Positions 30,579 to 42,099 of a stretch of 64,000 nucleotides of DNA are shown piece by piece. The stretch is from an uncultured Bacillota bacterium (GTDB lineage: Bacteria; Sysuimicrobiota; Sysuimicrobiia; Sysuimicrobiales; Segetimicrobiaceae). A program made the position numbers and the translations under genes. The DNA is taken from assembly GCA_963804645.1 (NCBI GenBank), contig CAWDRG010000017.1, positions 448,001 through 512,000 of the forward strand, written 5' to 3'. A model generated the notes under the pieces. The model saw only the letters and a program-made list of their open reading frames with translations, did no database searches and was not told the DNA's origin. Position 1 is the stretch's first letter. The number at the start of each line of letters is the position of its first letter.

Positions 30579-31553
30579 TTAGTCATAGCGGATCCTCGGA
30601 TCAACCGCGGCCAACATGATGTCGGCGGCCAGGTTGCCCAAGACCAACAGCACGCTGCCCATGAGCAGGCTCCCCATCACGAGAAACACGTCTTTCTGCA
30701 GCACCGCCTGGAGGACGAGACGCCCGAGGCCGGGATACCCGAGGACGTTCTCCACGAGCGCCGCGCCGGAGAGCAGCCCGCCGAGCTCGAATCCGAACAG
30801 CGTCACGAGCGGGTTGATCGCGTTCCGGAAGGCGTGCCGGAGGATCACCCGGCGCTCCGAGAGCCCTTTGGCGCGCGCCGTCCGCATGTAGTCGCTGCGC
30901 AGCACGTCGAGCATGTTCGTGCGCATGTACCGCATCAGCCCGCCGACTGAGAACACGCCGAGCGCGATCGTCGGCAGCACCAGGTGCTGCGCCTCGTCGA
31001 GGATCTTGCCCCACCACGGAAGTGAGTCGAAGTTCGCGCTCTGGAGGCCCTGGAGCGGCAGCGCGTGCGTCCAGAACGCGGCGTAGAGGAGCAGCAGCGC
31101 GCTGAAAAAGCTCGGGACCGAGATTGCCACGAACGCAGATATGTTGAGCGCCCCGTCGGTCACCGAGTACTGATGCACGGCCGAGTACATGCCGACCGGG
31201 ATCGCGATCCCCCACGCGGCCACAAGGGACGTCACTGAGAGCAGGAGCGTGTTGAGCGCCCGGCTGCCGATCAGGTACGTGACCGGCACATTGTACGCGA
31301 AGGAGTAGCCGAAGTTGAGGTGCAAAATGCTCCAGAGCCAGTGCAGGTACTGCACGAGCGGCGGCTTATCCATCCCGAATTCGGCGCGCAGCGCCGCGAT
31401 GCGCGCCGGGGTAATCTGCGGGTACTGCAGCACGAGCGACTGGAAGTAGTCGCTCGTGCCGGGCACGAGCTGGATCACCGCCCAGCTCACGAACGTGATG
31501 CCCAGCAGCAGCGGCCCCAACAGGAGCAGCCGGCGGACGATGTACCGGATCAT
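30579..31553 (-). CDS. Opp/Dpp ABC permease B
   Basis: DYMRTARAKGL, HAFRNA, YPGLG, DPRIRY. Confidence 0.93.
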   Translation of the reverse strand: MIRYIVRRLLLLGPLLLGITFVSWAVIQLVPGTSDYFQSLVLQYPQITPARIAALRAEFGMDKPPLVQYLHWLWSILHLNFGYSFAYNVPVTYLIGSRALNTLLLSVTSLVAAWGIAIPVGMYSAVHQYSVTDGALNISAFVAISVPSFFSALLLLYAAFWTHALPLQGLQSANFDSLPWWGKILDEAQHLVLPTIALGVFSVGGLMRYMRTNMLDVLRSDYMRTARAKGLSERRVILRHAFRNAINPLVTLFGFELGGLLSGAALVENVLGYPGLGRLVLQAVLQKDVFLVMGSLLMGSVLLVLGNLAADIMLAAVDPRIRYD

Positions 31554-31578
31554 CGGGTGAACGCGGTGCGGCGCACCG

Positions 31579-33311
31579 CTAGTGCTTGATGTAGATGGCC
31601 GGGAAGTTCCAGAACGCGCCGCCGAACGCCGTGAACTCGATGTTGCCGAACTGATTGCGGACCGCCACGTAGGCGTACGGGACCGCCGTGTAGATCAACG
31701 GCACCTGCTCCGCGGCGATCTCCTGCCACTGGTTGTAATAGTCGCGGCGCCGGTTCTGGTCGACGGTCGTCGCGGCCAGGTTGTAGTAGCGGTCGATCTG
31801 AGCCTCCCAGTCGGTCGCAGGCTTGGGCTCCTGCGGGTACCACATGTGCAGGTTCCCCGTGGAGAGCCAGACGTTCTGCCCGTCCGCCGGCTCGATCCCG
31901 CCGGTCAGCCCGAGGACGACCGCGTCCCACTTAAAGGAGCTCTCCAGCTTGGCCACCAGCGTGTTGAACGCCTCCGGGGCAAACGTCACCTGCATCCCGA
32001 GTGACCCGAGATCCTGGCGGATGATGTTGCCGATCGCGACCCGGTCGGGATTGTCGGCGTTGGTCGAGATCACGAACTGGACCGGGTGCCCGTCAGCGTC
32101 CCGCAGCGTCCCGTCCGCGCCCTTCTTGAACCCGGCCTCGGCCAGCACCTGGGCGGCCTTGTCGAGGTTGTACGGGTACTGCATGACGTGCGGGTCGAAG
32201 AAGAACTTGTCCGACGGGCTCTCGGGCCCGTACTCGGGGACGGCGTGGCCGGCAAAGACCTGGTTGATGATCGCCTGCCGGTCGACGGCGTACGAGACCG
32301 CCTGTCGGAACTTCTGGTTCTGAAACCACTTGAGCTTGTAGTCCGTCATCCCGGCGTGCGGATTCTGATTGAAGATCAGAAACTCCGAGCCGAAGCTCGG
32401 CCCGCCGTCGTACACGGTGTAGTTGCCTGCCTTCTCGCCGCGCTTGAGGTCCGCGTACTCGGCCGGCCGGAGGCCGTAGCTCGCGGTCTGCCCCCCTGGA
32501 ACAGGAGCCGCAGTGCGTTCTGGTTGGGCACGATTGCCAGCGAAATGTGGTCGATGTACGGCAGCCGCTGCCCGTGGGCGTCGACCTTCCAGTAGTGCGG
32601 GTTCCGGTCGTAGGTGATCCGCTGGGCCGCCTGGTAGTTGGTCATGATGTATGGACCGGTGCCGACGATGTCCTTCGTCGACGTGTTGATCCCCCACGTC
32701 TGGTTGAACTGCCCTGAATCGTACGCCGCTTCCAGCTTGTGCTGTGGGATCACCGTGGCGTTCCCGATCTCACGCAGGAAGGGGCCGAACGGCTCGACGG
32801 TGGTAAACTGCACCGTCCGCGCGTCGATCTTCTTGACCGCAATCGGCTTGCCGGCCACGGTGAGCACGTCAGAGGCGCTATTCGGAATCCGCTTGTCGTA
32901 GATCACCTTGAACGTGAACAGAATATCGTCCGCGGTCACTGGCGCGCCGTCATCCCACTGGAGGCCCTGGCGCAGCACGAACGTCCAGGTCCGCCCGTCC
33001 TTCGACACGGCCCAGGACTGCGCGAGCGCGGGCTCGATGTCGGTCGTCTTTCCGTTGGCTTCCACCAAGCCGTCGAAGACGTTCGCAAGCGGCCCGGTGG
33101 ACGTCGTCGAGTTGGCGAGGATCGGGTTAAACGTCGAGGGATCGGCCACCTGGGAGTCGAGGAACGTGCCCCCGAACGTGCCGATCTCCCCGCCCATCAC
33201 CTTGGGATCGGGCAGCCCCGGCAGGCTCGGATGCGGCGCGCCCGCCGCCCCGACACCCACGGGCAGCGACAGGCTCAAGGCGATCAGAACGGTCGTGCAC
33301 ACGGCTCGCAC
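31579..33311 (-). CDS. family 5 substrate-binding protein (indel at C6 run 32491-32496)
   Basis: DPSTFNP, PALAQSW, GTGPY, FRQAVSYAVDR, QVPLIY. Confidence 0.9.
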
Positions 33312-33577
33312 GGTCCGAATCCCTCCATCCAACTGCGCCGCAGGCGACCGGGCGCTCACCGAACTACGGGCGGGACATCCAATCGGTTCTGGCGTCCGGG
33401 GTATTCGCCCGCCCCGGCGGCGATTCCCGCCGGGGCGGCGAGCGCCGGACCGCCGGTCGACCGCGTCAAGTGCGGGGATGCCGGGACGCTGATCAGCGCG
33501 GCGTCCGGTCTCGACCGCCGCCTGACCGGTGCCTCGGGGCCCGGTCGCTAGTCACCCGCCAGACGCGAGGCCCCCCC

Positions 33578-33702
33578 TGTCTCCCCGGGGTTGCCGGAAC
33601 CGACCGCTGGGGTCCCGGGCACAGGACTGGGCCCGCGAGAGCACGAAAGCGGGCATACACCGCTGTGGTGGGGCGTCGGCGGCACCGCTCCCGGGGGGGA
33701 CA
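33578..33702. ncRNA. candidate structured RNA (unclassified)
   Basis: Nested stems TGTCTCCCCGGG/CCCGGGGGGGACA, TGCCG/CGGCA and CCGAC/GTCGG closing three small hairpins. Confidence 0.35.
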
Positions 33703-33707
33703 CCAGA

Positions 33708-34373
33708 GTGAGGGGCACTAGCGACGCGCGACACGCGCACCGCGGGATCGCAACGACCGCCGCGCGGGCGGAAGGCCGCCCGTCCGAAGCCGGGCACCGC
33801 GGGGCGTTCCGCACCCGCCCGCGAGGTCCGCGCGCGTGGCGCATCGCCGCGTGCGGCGCACTGTGCTCGCTGGCGCTGTCGGGGGTGGCCAGCGCGCAGG
33901 CGCCGCTCACGCAGCGCTACACCGATCCGAGGGGCCGGTTCACCATCATGTTTCCAGACGACTGGACCCTGGTCACCGAGCGCGCGGGCGACACGGAGGT
34001 GACCGCGTTCGCCCCCGACAACACGAAGACCCGCAGAACCATCCTCCAAACCGGCGGCGTGATCACCGTGGCCGTGGACGAGCTGCCGTCCGCGATGTCC
34101 GCCCGCACCTACGGCGAGCTGATTGGCCGCGGCATGGCGTCGACGTTCGGCACCATCGGATTCGCGCTGCTTCAAGAGGGCCCGGCCAGAGTCGCGGGCC
34201 AGGACGCGTATTTCCAGTACTTCACGACCGCCAACCTCTACCAGCTGCAGACGTACGTGACCGTGGGCCGGTCGCTGTTTGTCATCAACGGGTCCTGCCC
34301 GAACGATCCGGAGATCACCAAGCGCGACGTCCCCGAGTTCGTGCGGATCACCGACACCTTTCGGGCTCGCTAG
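33708..34373 (+). CDS. secreted protein, PsbP/DcrB-like fold (start uncertain)
   Basis: Signal peptide ending ASAQA, YTDPRGRFTIMFPDDW motif, VAGQDA; the only plus-strand CDS I can support. Confidence 0.65.
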   Translation: MRGTSDARHAHRGIATTAARAEGRPSEAGHRGAFRTRPRGPRAWRIAACGALCSLALSGVASAQAPLTQRYTDPRGRFTIMFPDDWTLVTERAGDTEVTAFAPDNTKTRRTILQTGGVITVAVDELPSAMSARTYGELIGRGMASTFGTIGFALLQEGPARVAGQDAYFQYFTTANLYQLQTYVTVGRSLFVINGSCPNDPEITKRDVPEFVRITDTFRAR

Positions 34374-34438
34374 CCGAGGTCTGCGCCCGCCGGCCGCGCG
34401 CTCCGCGCGTCCCGACCGCGGGAGCGGCCGCGGAAAGA

Positions 34439-36602
34439 CTACGCGGGGGCCGACGGCGCGATCCGCTCGAGCGGCGCGTAGCTGAGCGCAAGCCGCTTGG
34501 TCCCGACACCCTCAAACCGCACGGTGATGATGGCCTTCGGCCCGTCGCCGTCCACCTCGAGGACCCGGCCGGCTCCAAACGTCTTGTGCCGCACGGCATC
34601 GCCGACCGCGACCTCCGGCACGGGACGCTGGTCCGCCTCGGGCCAGTCGTCGGTCGCCGTGCGGGGCGTCTCGCCCCGGCTCACCACGCCCTCCGGCATC
34701 TCGGCGAGGAAGCGCGAGGGCAGGCTCGGGCGCGACGTGCCGTAGAGGGTGCGCTGGCGGGCGTAGGTCAGGAAGAGTCGCGCGCGCGCGCGGGTCATGC
34801 CGACGTAGCAGAGCCGTCGCTCCTCTTCCATGCCGCTCGGATCCTCCAGCGAGCGCATGTGCGGAAACAACCCTTCCTCGAGCCCGGCGAGCACCACGAC
34901 CGGAAACTCGAGCCCCTTCGCGCTGTGCAGCGTCATCAGCGTGACGCGATCCGCGCGGTCGTCGACCTGATCGGCATCGGTGACGAGCGCCAGATGCTGC
35001 AGCAGCATCTCGAGCGAGGCGTCGCCCGTCGTCTCCTCCACCTCCTGGGCGACCGCGGCGAGCTCGTCCAAGTTCTCCACGCGCGCGTACGCCTCGTCGG
35101 TGCGCTCCGCTTCGAGCGCGCGCCGGTAGCCGGTCAGCTCGAGCGCGCGGCCGAGCACCTCCCGGGCGGGGTGGTCGGCCGCGAAGGCCGCCAGCTGGTC
35201 CACGATCCCGACGTAGTCCTCGATCGCCTTCCGCGCCGGCCCGGCGACGCCCGCGTCCGCCGCGCGCCGCAGCGCGTCCCAGAACGAGATCCCCTCGGCG
35301 CGCGCCCAGGCGTCCAGCCGGCGCACGGTGGCGTCGCCGATGCCCCGCCGCGGCACGTTGAGCACGCGCCGGACGCTGGCTTCGTCCGCGGGATTGTACG
35401 CCGCCCGCAGGTACGCCAGCACGTCCTTGATCTCCGCGCGCTCGTAGAACCGCAGGCCTCCGACGATCCGGTAGGGCAGGCCGAGGCGGAGAAACATCTC
35501 CTCGAACTGCCGGGACTGCGCGTGCGTCCGGTACAGCACGGCCACATCGCCCGCGCGGCCCCCCGACGCGACGTAGCGCTTGACCGCCTCGCCGACGTAT
35601 CGCGCCTCGTCGTAGCCGTCCCACGCCTCGAACAGCGTGACCTCTTCCCCCTCCGGGTTCTCGGTCCACAGCGTCTTCGCGTGCCGGTGGGGGTTGTGCC
35701 GGATCACGGACGCGGCCGCGCGCAGGATCCGCTGCGTGGACCGATAGTTCTGCTCGAGGGTGACGACCTTCGCCTCCGGGTAGTCGCGCTCGAACTCAAG
35801 AATGTTGCGGACGTCGGCGCCGCGCCAGCGGTAGATCGCCTGATCGTCGTCGCCGACGACGCTCAGGTTCCGCCGGGTCCCGGCGAGCAGATTGACGAGC
35901 ACGTACTGGGAGTGGTTCGTGTCCTGGTACTCGTCGACCAAGACGTGGAGGAACCGCGCCTGGTACCGCGCGAGGACGTCGGGATGCTGCCGGAACAGCT
36001 CGACCGTGCGGACGAGCAGGTCGTCGAAGTCGAGCGCGTGGCACTCCTCGAGCCGGCGCTGGTACGCGGCGTACAGCCGCCCGATCACGGACTGCGCGGT
36101 GCGTCTCCGCACGCGCCGCGTACGCGACGTGGTCGATCAAGTCGTTCTTGGCCCGGCTGATCTCCGCGAGCACCGCCGCGGGCGGGTACTGGTGATCGTC
36201 GACGTTCTGGGCGCGGAGCACCTCCCGCATCAGCGCCCGCTGGTCGTCGCCGTCGTAAATGACAAACCGCGGGTCGAGCCCGAGGGCGGCGCCGGAGACG
36301 CGCAGGATCCGGCTCGCGATCGAGTGGAACGTGCCGATCCACAGCGCGCGGGCGACGCCGGGCCCGAGCAGATGCTCGAGCCGCTCCCGCATCTCCCCCG
36401 CCGCCTTGTTGGTAAACGTGACCGCCAGGATCTGGGACGGGGCGACGCCGCGGTCGTGGATGAGGCCGGCGATGCGGTAGGTCAGCACGCGCGTCTTCCC
36501 GGACCCGGCGCCGGCCAGCACGAGCAGCGGCCCATCCGGATGGCGCACGGCATCGAGCTGGGCGGGGTTCAACAGCGATTCGAGGTCGACGCTGGATGTC
36601 AT
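34439..36602 (-). CDS. pcrA: UvrD/PcrA ATP-dependent DNA helicase (indel at ~36100)
   Basis: AGAGSGKT, TFTNKAA, VDEYQD, GDDDQAIY, EERRLCYVGMTRA, C-terminal Tudor-like domain. Confidence 0.95.
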
Positions 36603-36733
36603 CACAGTGTGGTGGGACCGCTCCCGTGTCCTCAAAGATCGGGAGGCGCCGGCGCTCCCGTCACCGCGCCCTCAGGGGGTCCGCGGCGTGCTCCTCCGCT
36701 CACGCCGGCTCGCCGCGCGGGCCGGACGGACGG

Positions 36734-38350
36734 CTACTCCCACTCGATCGTGGCGGGCGGCTTGCTGCTGATGTCGTAGACGACGCGGCTGACGCCTTTG
36801 ACCTCGCCGGTGATCCGGTTGCTGATCGTCTCAAGCAGCTCCGCGGGCAGCCGGGCCCAATCGGCCGTCATCCCGTCCTCGCTCGTCACGGCCCGCACCG
36901 CGACGACGTGTCCGTACGTGCGGGCATCGCCGGCGACCCCGACGGTGTGCACCGGCAGCAGCACCGCGAACGCCTGCCAGACGTCACGGCCGAGGCCCGC
37001 GCGCCGGATCTCCCCGGTCACGATCGCGTCCGCCTCCCGAAGCGTCTCGAGACGATCCTCGGTCACCTCGCCGATGACCCGGATCGCGAGCCCCGGTCCC
37101 GGGAACGGATGGCGCCCGACCATCTCGTCGGGAAGCCCGAGCGTCCGCGCGACCACGCGCACCTCGTCCTTGAACAGCGTCCGGAACGGCTCGATCAGCC
37201 GAAACGGCATCACCTCGGGCAGACCGCCGACGTTGTGGTGCGTCTTGATCCGCGCCGCGGTGCGCGTGCCGCTCTCGATCACGTCGGGGTACAGCGTCCC
37301 CTGCACCAGGAACTCCGGCTTGCCGAGGCGCGCGGCCTCTTCCGCGAACACGCTGATGAACTCCTGGCCGATCAGGACACGCTTCCGCTCCGGATCGGTG
37401 ACGCCCCGCAGCCGGTCGAGAAACCGGCGCCGGGCGTCGACATGAATGAGCGACACGCCGAAGTGGTCGCGGAACACCTCGACGACGCGCTGCGCTTCGC
37501 CGAGCCGCAGCAGGCCGTGATCCACGAACACGCAGGTCAGCCGGTCGCCGATCGCTCGGAACACGAGGGCCGCGGCCGCGGTCGAGTCCACGCCCCCGCT
37601 CAGCGCACAGATCGCCCGCCCCGCGTCGACCCGGGTGCGGATCTCGCCGGCCGCCTGCTCGACAAACGAGGTCATCGTCCAGGACGGCGCGCAGCCGCAG
37701 ACGTTGTACACGAAGTTCCGCAGCACTTCCGTCCCCCACGGGGTGTGCGACACCTCGGGGTGGAACTGGAGACCGAAGAGGCCGCGGCGGCGGTCGGCCA
37801 CCGCGGCGTGCGGCGAGTGATCGGAGTGCGCGAGGCTCTCAAACCCGTCGGGCAGCCGGTGCACCGTGTCGCCGTGGCTCATCCAGCAGATCAGCCGGGG
37901 CTCCAGCCCGCGGAACAGTCCCTCGCTCCGGTCGGGCTCATCCACGAACAGCCGCGTCCGGCCGAACTCTTTCCGGGTCGCGGGGCCGGTCTCCCCGCCG
38001 AGCGTGTGCGCCATCAGTTGCATGCCGTAGCAGATGCCGAGCGTCGGCACGCCGGCGTCGAACAGCGCCGGGTCGCACTGGGGCGCGCCCGCGTCGTAGA
38101 CGCTCGCCGGCCCTCCGGAGAGGATGATCCCCTTCGGCTTGAGCGCGAGCAGCTCCGACAGCGGCGTGTCGAACGGCAGGATCAGGCTGTAGACGCGGAG
38201 TTCGCGGATCCGGCGCGCGATCAGCTGGCTGTACTGCGCGCCGAAGTCGAGCACCACGACCAAATCGTCGACCGGCGGGATCGCGTGCGCCTCGGCACGC
38301 TCCCGCGGCGTGGTCGCCGGGCGCTCCGCCCGCACCTGCGTCCGGGCCAT
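36734..38350 (-). CDS. guaA: GMP synthase (glutamine-hydrolysing)
   Basis: [41 protein letters not shown]. Confidence 0.97.
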   Translation of the reverse strand: MARTQVRAERPATTPRERAEAHAIPPVDDLVVVLDFGAQYSQLIARRIRELRVYSLILPFDTPLSELLALKPKGIILSGGPASVYDAGAPQCDPALFDAGVPTLGICYGMQLMAHTLGGETGPATRKEFGRTRLFVDEPDRSEGLFRGLEPRLICWMSHGDTVHRLPDGFESLAHSDHSPHAAVADRRRGLFGLQFHPEVSHTPWGTEVLRNFVYNVCGCAPSWTMTSFVEQAAGEIRTRVDAGRAICALSGGVDSTAAAALVFRAIGDRLTCVFVDHGLLRLGEAQRVVEVFRDHFGVSLIHVDARRRFLDRLRGVTDPERKRVLIGQEFISVFAEEAARLGKPEFLVQGTLYPDVIESGTRTAARIKTHHNVGGLPEVMPFRLIEPFRTLFKDEVRVVARTLGLPDEMVGRHPFPGPGLAIRVIGEVTEDRLETLREADAIVTGEIRRAGLGRDVWQAFAVLLPVHTVGVAGDARTYGHVVAVRAVTSEDGMTADWARLPAELLETISNRITGEVKGVSRVVYDISSKPPATIEWE

Positions 38351-39517
38351 CAGCGCCCCTGCCCGACGTGCTGGGCGATCTGCATCGTCTTCCCTTCCGT
38401 GACCAGAGACGGGGCGATGATCACCTCGGTCTGCTGCATCTCGCGGATCGTGCGGGCGCCGCACATCCCCATCGCGGTGCGGAGCGCCTCCATGAGGTTT
38501 TGAGACCCGTCGTCGACCCGGGCGGGGCCGTGCAGGATATCGCGCAGCGTGCCGGTCGTGCGCACGGCAATCCGCGTGCCCCGGGGCAGGGCCGCGTGCG
38601 GGGTCGCCATGCCCCAGTGGAACCCCCGCCCGGGCGCCTCCTCGGATCGCGCAAAGAGGGACCCCAGCATGACCGCGTCGGCGCCGCACGCGATCGACTT
38701 CGCGATCTCCCCGCCGACGCTGATCCCGCCGTCCGCGATGATCGGCACGTACCGTCCGGTCTGGCGGGCGTACTCGGAGCGCGCCGCCGCGACGTCCATG
38801 ATCGCGGTCGCCTGCGGGACACCGACACCGAGCACCTTCCGGCTGGTACACGCCGCCCCGGGCCCGACCCCCACGAACACGGCGGCGACCCCCGCCTCGC
38901 ACAACTGGAGGGCCGCCTCGTAGGACACGCAGTTGCCGGCCATCACGGGGATCCGGGTCGTCGCGGTGAGCTCGCGCAGCGACACGGTGCGCCCGCGCTC
39001 GCTGCGGTGGTGTTCCGTGATCACGGTCGACTGCACGAGCAGCAGCTCGGCGCCGGCGTCCGCCGCCAGCCGCCCCAGGCGGGCGGCCGCGCCCGGCGTC
39101 GTCGACACGACAGGCACTCCGCCGCCCTTGCGGATCTCCTCCACCCGCCGCCCGACCAACTCGTCCTTCACAGGTTCCCGGTAGACGTCCTGCATCACGC
39201 CGACGACCCGGTCCGGCGTCGCTTCGGCGAGCCGGTCCAGCACGTCCTGAGGGACGTTCGTATCGGGTTTGAATGCCCTCGAGGTTCAGGACGGCCATCC
39301 CGCCCAACTTGGAGAGCGCGATCGCGAAGCGGACGTCCACGACGCTGTCCATCGCGGACGCGATCACCGGGAGCGGAAACCGCCGGCCGGCGACCTCCCA
39401 CGAGAGATCCACGTCCTCCGGGTCGATCGTTCCCGACGCGGGCACGAGCGCGATCTCCTCGAATCCGTACGTCCGACGGGCCGGACGCCCCTTGCCGATA
39501 AACTCCACGCGGTTCAC
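38350..39517 (-). CDS. guaB: IMP dehydrogenase, GuaB3-type without CBS domains (extra base at ~39252)
   Basis: [44 protein letters not shown]. Confidence 0.88.
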
Positions 39518-39589
39518 CTCCTTGCTGCGATCTCGACGATCATCCGCGTTGCGCCGCCGCCGCTCCCTGGCGGGGGCGGCGGCGGTGAC

Positions 39590-40132
39590 TCACGTATACA
39601 CCTCCGGCTTCAACACACAGATAAACGGTAAATTCCGGTAAATCCCTCCGTAGTCCAGCCCGTAGCCGACGACGAACTTGTCGGGAATCTCAAACCCGCG
39701 GTAGTCGATCGCCACCTGGCGCCGGCGCCGCGTGACCTTGTCGAGCAGCGCGCACACGCGCAGGCTCGCCGGATACCGCGCCTTCAACGTCTCCAGCAGA
39801 TAGTCCATCGTAAAGCCGGTATCGATGATGTCGTCCACGATCAGCACGTGGCGGCCTTCGATGGTCTGGTCGAGGTCTTTGAGGATGCGGACGATCCCGC
39901 TGTTCTCCGTTCCCGCGCCGTACGCGCTCGTGGCGATGAAGTCGAGCATGCACGGAATGGTCACCTGACGGATCAGATCGGCGAGGAAGATTGACGCGCC
40001 CTTCAGGATGCCGACGAGGAGGGGGGTCTTGCCTTCGTACTCACCGCTGATCTGCCGACCGAGACCCGCGATCCGAGCCCGCAGCTCGTCCTCGCGGATC
40101 AACACCTCTGACACATCATCGAGCAACGCCAC
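39590..40132 (-). CDS. hpt: hypoxanthine phosphoribosyltransferase
   Basis: VGILKGA, VLIVDDIIDTG, FVVGYGLDY, RNLP. Confidence 0.96.
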   Translation of the reverse strand: MALLDDVSEVLIREDELRARIAGLGRQISGEYEGKTPLLVGILKGASIFLADLIRQVTIPCMLDFIATSAYGAGTENSGIVRILKDLDQTIEGRHVLIVDDIIDTGFTMDYLLETLKARYPASLRVCALLDKVTRRRRQVAIDYRGFEIPDKFVVGYGLDYGGIYRNLPFICVLKPEVYT

Positions 40133-40191
40133 GCGACGCGGGACCTCCGGGGGAACCCGGTCCGACCAAGGCCGTCCGGGTAATTAGACGC

Positions 40192-40220
40192 ATTATAGTA
40201 CTCACGTTCGCTAGTGTCAA
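40192..40220 (-). promoter_or_regulatory. consensus sigma70 promoter of hpt-guaB-guaA(-pcrA) with a LexA-box-like site in the spacer
   Basis: TTGACA-ctagCGAACgtgaGTAC-TATAAT, exact 17-nt spacer. Confidence 0.8.
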
Positions 40221-40403
40221 CGGGAACAGCACCGAGTCAACGGTGAGGAATAGGGCCCGACACGCAGGGCGTCCGGGAGCGGGTTGGGAACGCCGGAAAC
40301 AGCGTGATGGAGAGTGGGCTCGAAGCGATCGGCTTCGAGAGGGTGAAGAGCGCAGCGAGCACAGCGAGTGCGAGAGCCGGAGCAGCCACCAGCGCCCCGG
40401 TGT

Positions 40404-41740
40404 TTAGGAGGTATCGAAGCGGATTTGGATGGCGGGTCTCGACTCCTCGGGAAGCAGGTGATGGCGCAGGTCCTCGAGGAGCCGGCGGGCGATGTTTTTG
40501 AGACTGCCAAACAGTGCCAGCGGCGTTTTGCCGTGCCGCTGGGCCAGATGCTGAAGCAGACTCCCCGCTCCAGTAGTTGCAGCATCATGTGTGCGATCTG
40601 CAGGAGATAGTAGTAGGCCTTGATCAACTCCGGATCGGTGCTGTAGGGATGCTCCAAGTTCAGCTCGCTGTTTTTTTGGACATTGAATCCCGCCTCAATC
40701 GTCCAGCGACGTCGCCCCCCTTTCATCGCGATTTCCACGACCGTCTCCCGAGTCACCGGCAGGTTCGTCATCCACACGAACGTCGTCGTGGTGTCCTTGA
40801 CCGTCTCCTCGCACAACAAGGCGTTGAACCGGTACGGGCGCCGGTGCGCATCCTCCGCCGTCATCCCCGTCGCCCATCGGTACGCCTGCCGCGTGCCATT
40901 CGGCAGGGTCAGCCGCAGGACGTGCTCCGGGCACAACGCCAACACGGCCTGAAACTCGGTCCAAGCAGTCTGCGCGTTCCCCGCCTTGAACGTGAACACA
41001 TAGCTCCAGCCCTGGGCTTCGACCAACCGCACGGCCGGCGCACACGCATACAGCGCGTCACTCGTCACACACACGGCCGTCTGAGGATACGCCTGCCGCA
41101 GATCCGGGACCAGGCGGCGAAACGCGGCCAGCTCGCAGTCTTGCTTCCACGTCTCCGGGTCCCGGCCCACCGGAGATGGCCGATCGGCGTTCTCGATAAA
41201 CGCCGTCCCCATGGACAGCCCGAGGCCGCCGGGCCCGAGGAGTTTCGCCTCTTCGACCATGTGCAGATACACGTCGTGGGTCGCATGACGCCGCACCAAG
41301 CACTGGGGACAATGCGCCGTGCGAAAGTGGAGATGGCCCGTCCCGTCGATCGCGACCACCACGCGCCCCAGCAACCGCGCCGCATCCAGGACTTTCATCC
41401 GGAGGAGCCGCCGGATCATCTGCGTCCGCAGCGCCGCCAGCGGCGCGCTCCCCACATGCCCCAAGAAGTGATCCAACGTGTCGTGCACCGGCAAGGTCGC
41501 TTGCTGCGTGCCGGCGAGCCGATTGACATTGCCCAGCACCTGCGTCGTCGCATCGCGTAAGTCAAAGTCCAACTGGCGCCGGCTGCCCAGCTTGCAGCAG
41601 AACAGCAACACCCCCCACCAGGCCAGAAACTTCTTGTCGTACTCGATGAACGGCACATATCGGGTGTCCGGCAGCGCATCCAGCCACTGATTGAGCGCCG
41701 GCCAGAAGTGCTGGACCGTCCGCCGAAAGGCGGGGCTCAG
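40404..41740 (-). CDS. DDE transposase (indel at C run ~40563; start non-canonical)
   Basis: VAIDGT, TSDALY, RWTIEAGFNVQK; corrected C-terminus ...GSLKNIARRLLE...IQIRFDTS*. Confidence 0.85.
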
Positions 41741-42099
41741 CGTCCCGTGGATCGACCCGCCCGCTGCTTCCGGGCGCGGACGTGGCCCCGGATCCGCGCC
41801 AGCGCTAGCTCCGTGCTCTCCTGGATCACCTGGCGCAGCCGCTGGTATTCGTCGACCCATGCGCGAACCTCAGCCACCAGCTCGACCGGGACATAGGTGG
41901 TCTGGGTCTTGCCGTCGACCGAGCGCGTCAGGTAGTGCCCCACGTGGAGCGCCCCCTGCGCGCAGTGGCACCCCGGCCGGCCGCAGCGCCGCGCGATTTG
42001 CACCAAGCTCGCCGCCAGCACCGGCCCGCGGGCCTGTAATTGCTTGACCCGCGCGTCGAGCTGGCGACGCTGCAGCGTCGGGTGGTCCCGCATGCGCAT
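41737..42099 (-). CDS. small IS accessory protein (DUF6788-like)
   Basis: RRCGRPGCHC..G..H..HYLTRSVDGKTQTTYVP followed by a coiled coil. Confidence 0.75.
   Translation of the reverse strand: MRMRDHPTLQRRQLDARVKQLQARGPVLAASLVQIARRCGRPGCHCAQGALHVGHYLTRSVDGKTQTTYVPVELVAEVRAWVDEYQRLRQVIQESTELALARIRGHVRARKQRAGRSTGR

Noticed and set aside
36734..39517. 927-aa GuaB-GuaA fusion ORF
   Set aside because: An extra C at ~39252 shifts guaB into a non-homologous frame that happens to run into guaA; guaA has its own ATG at 38350.
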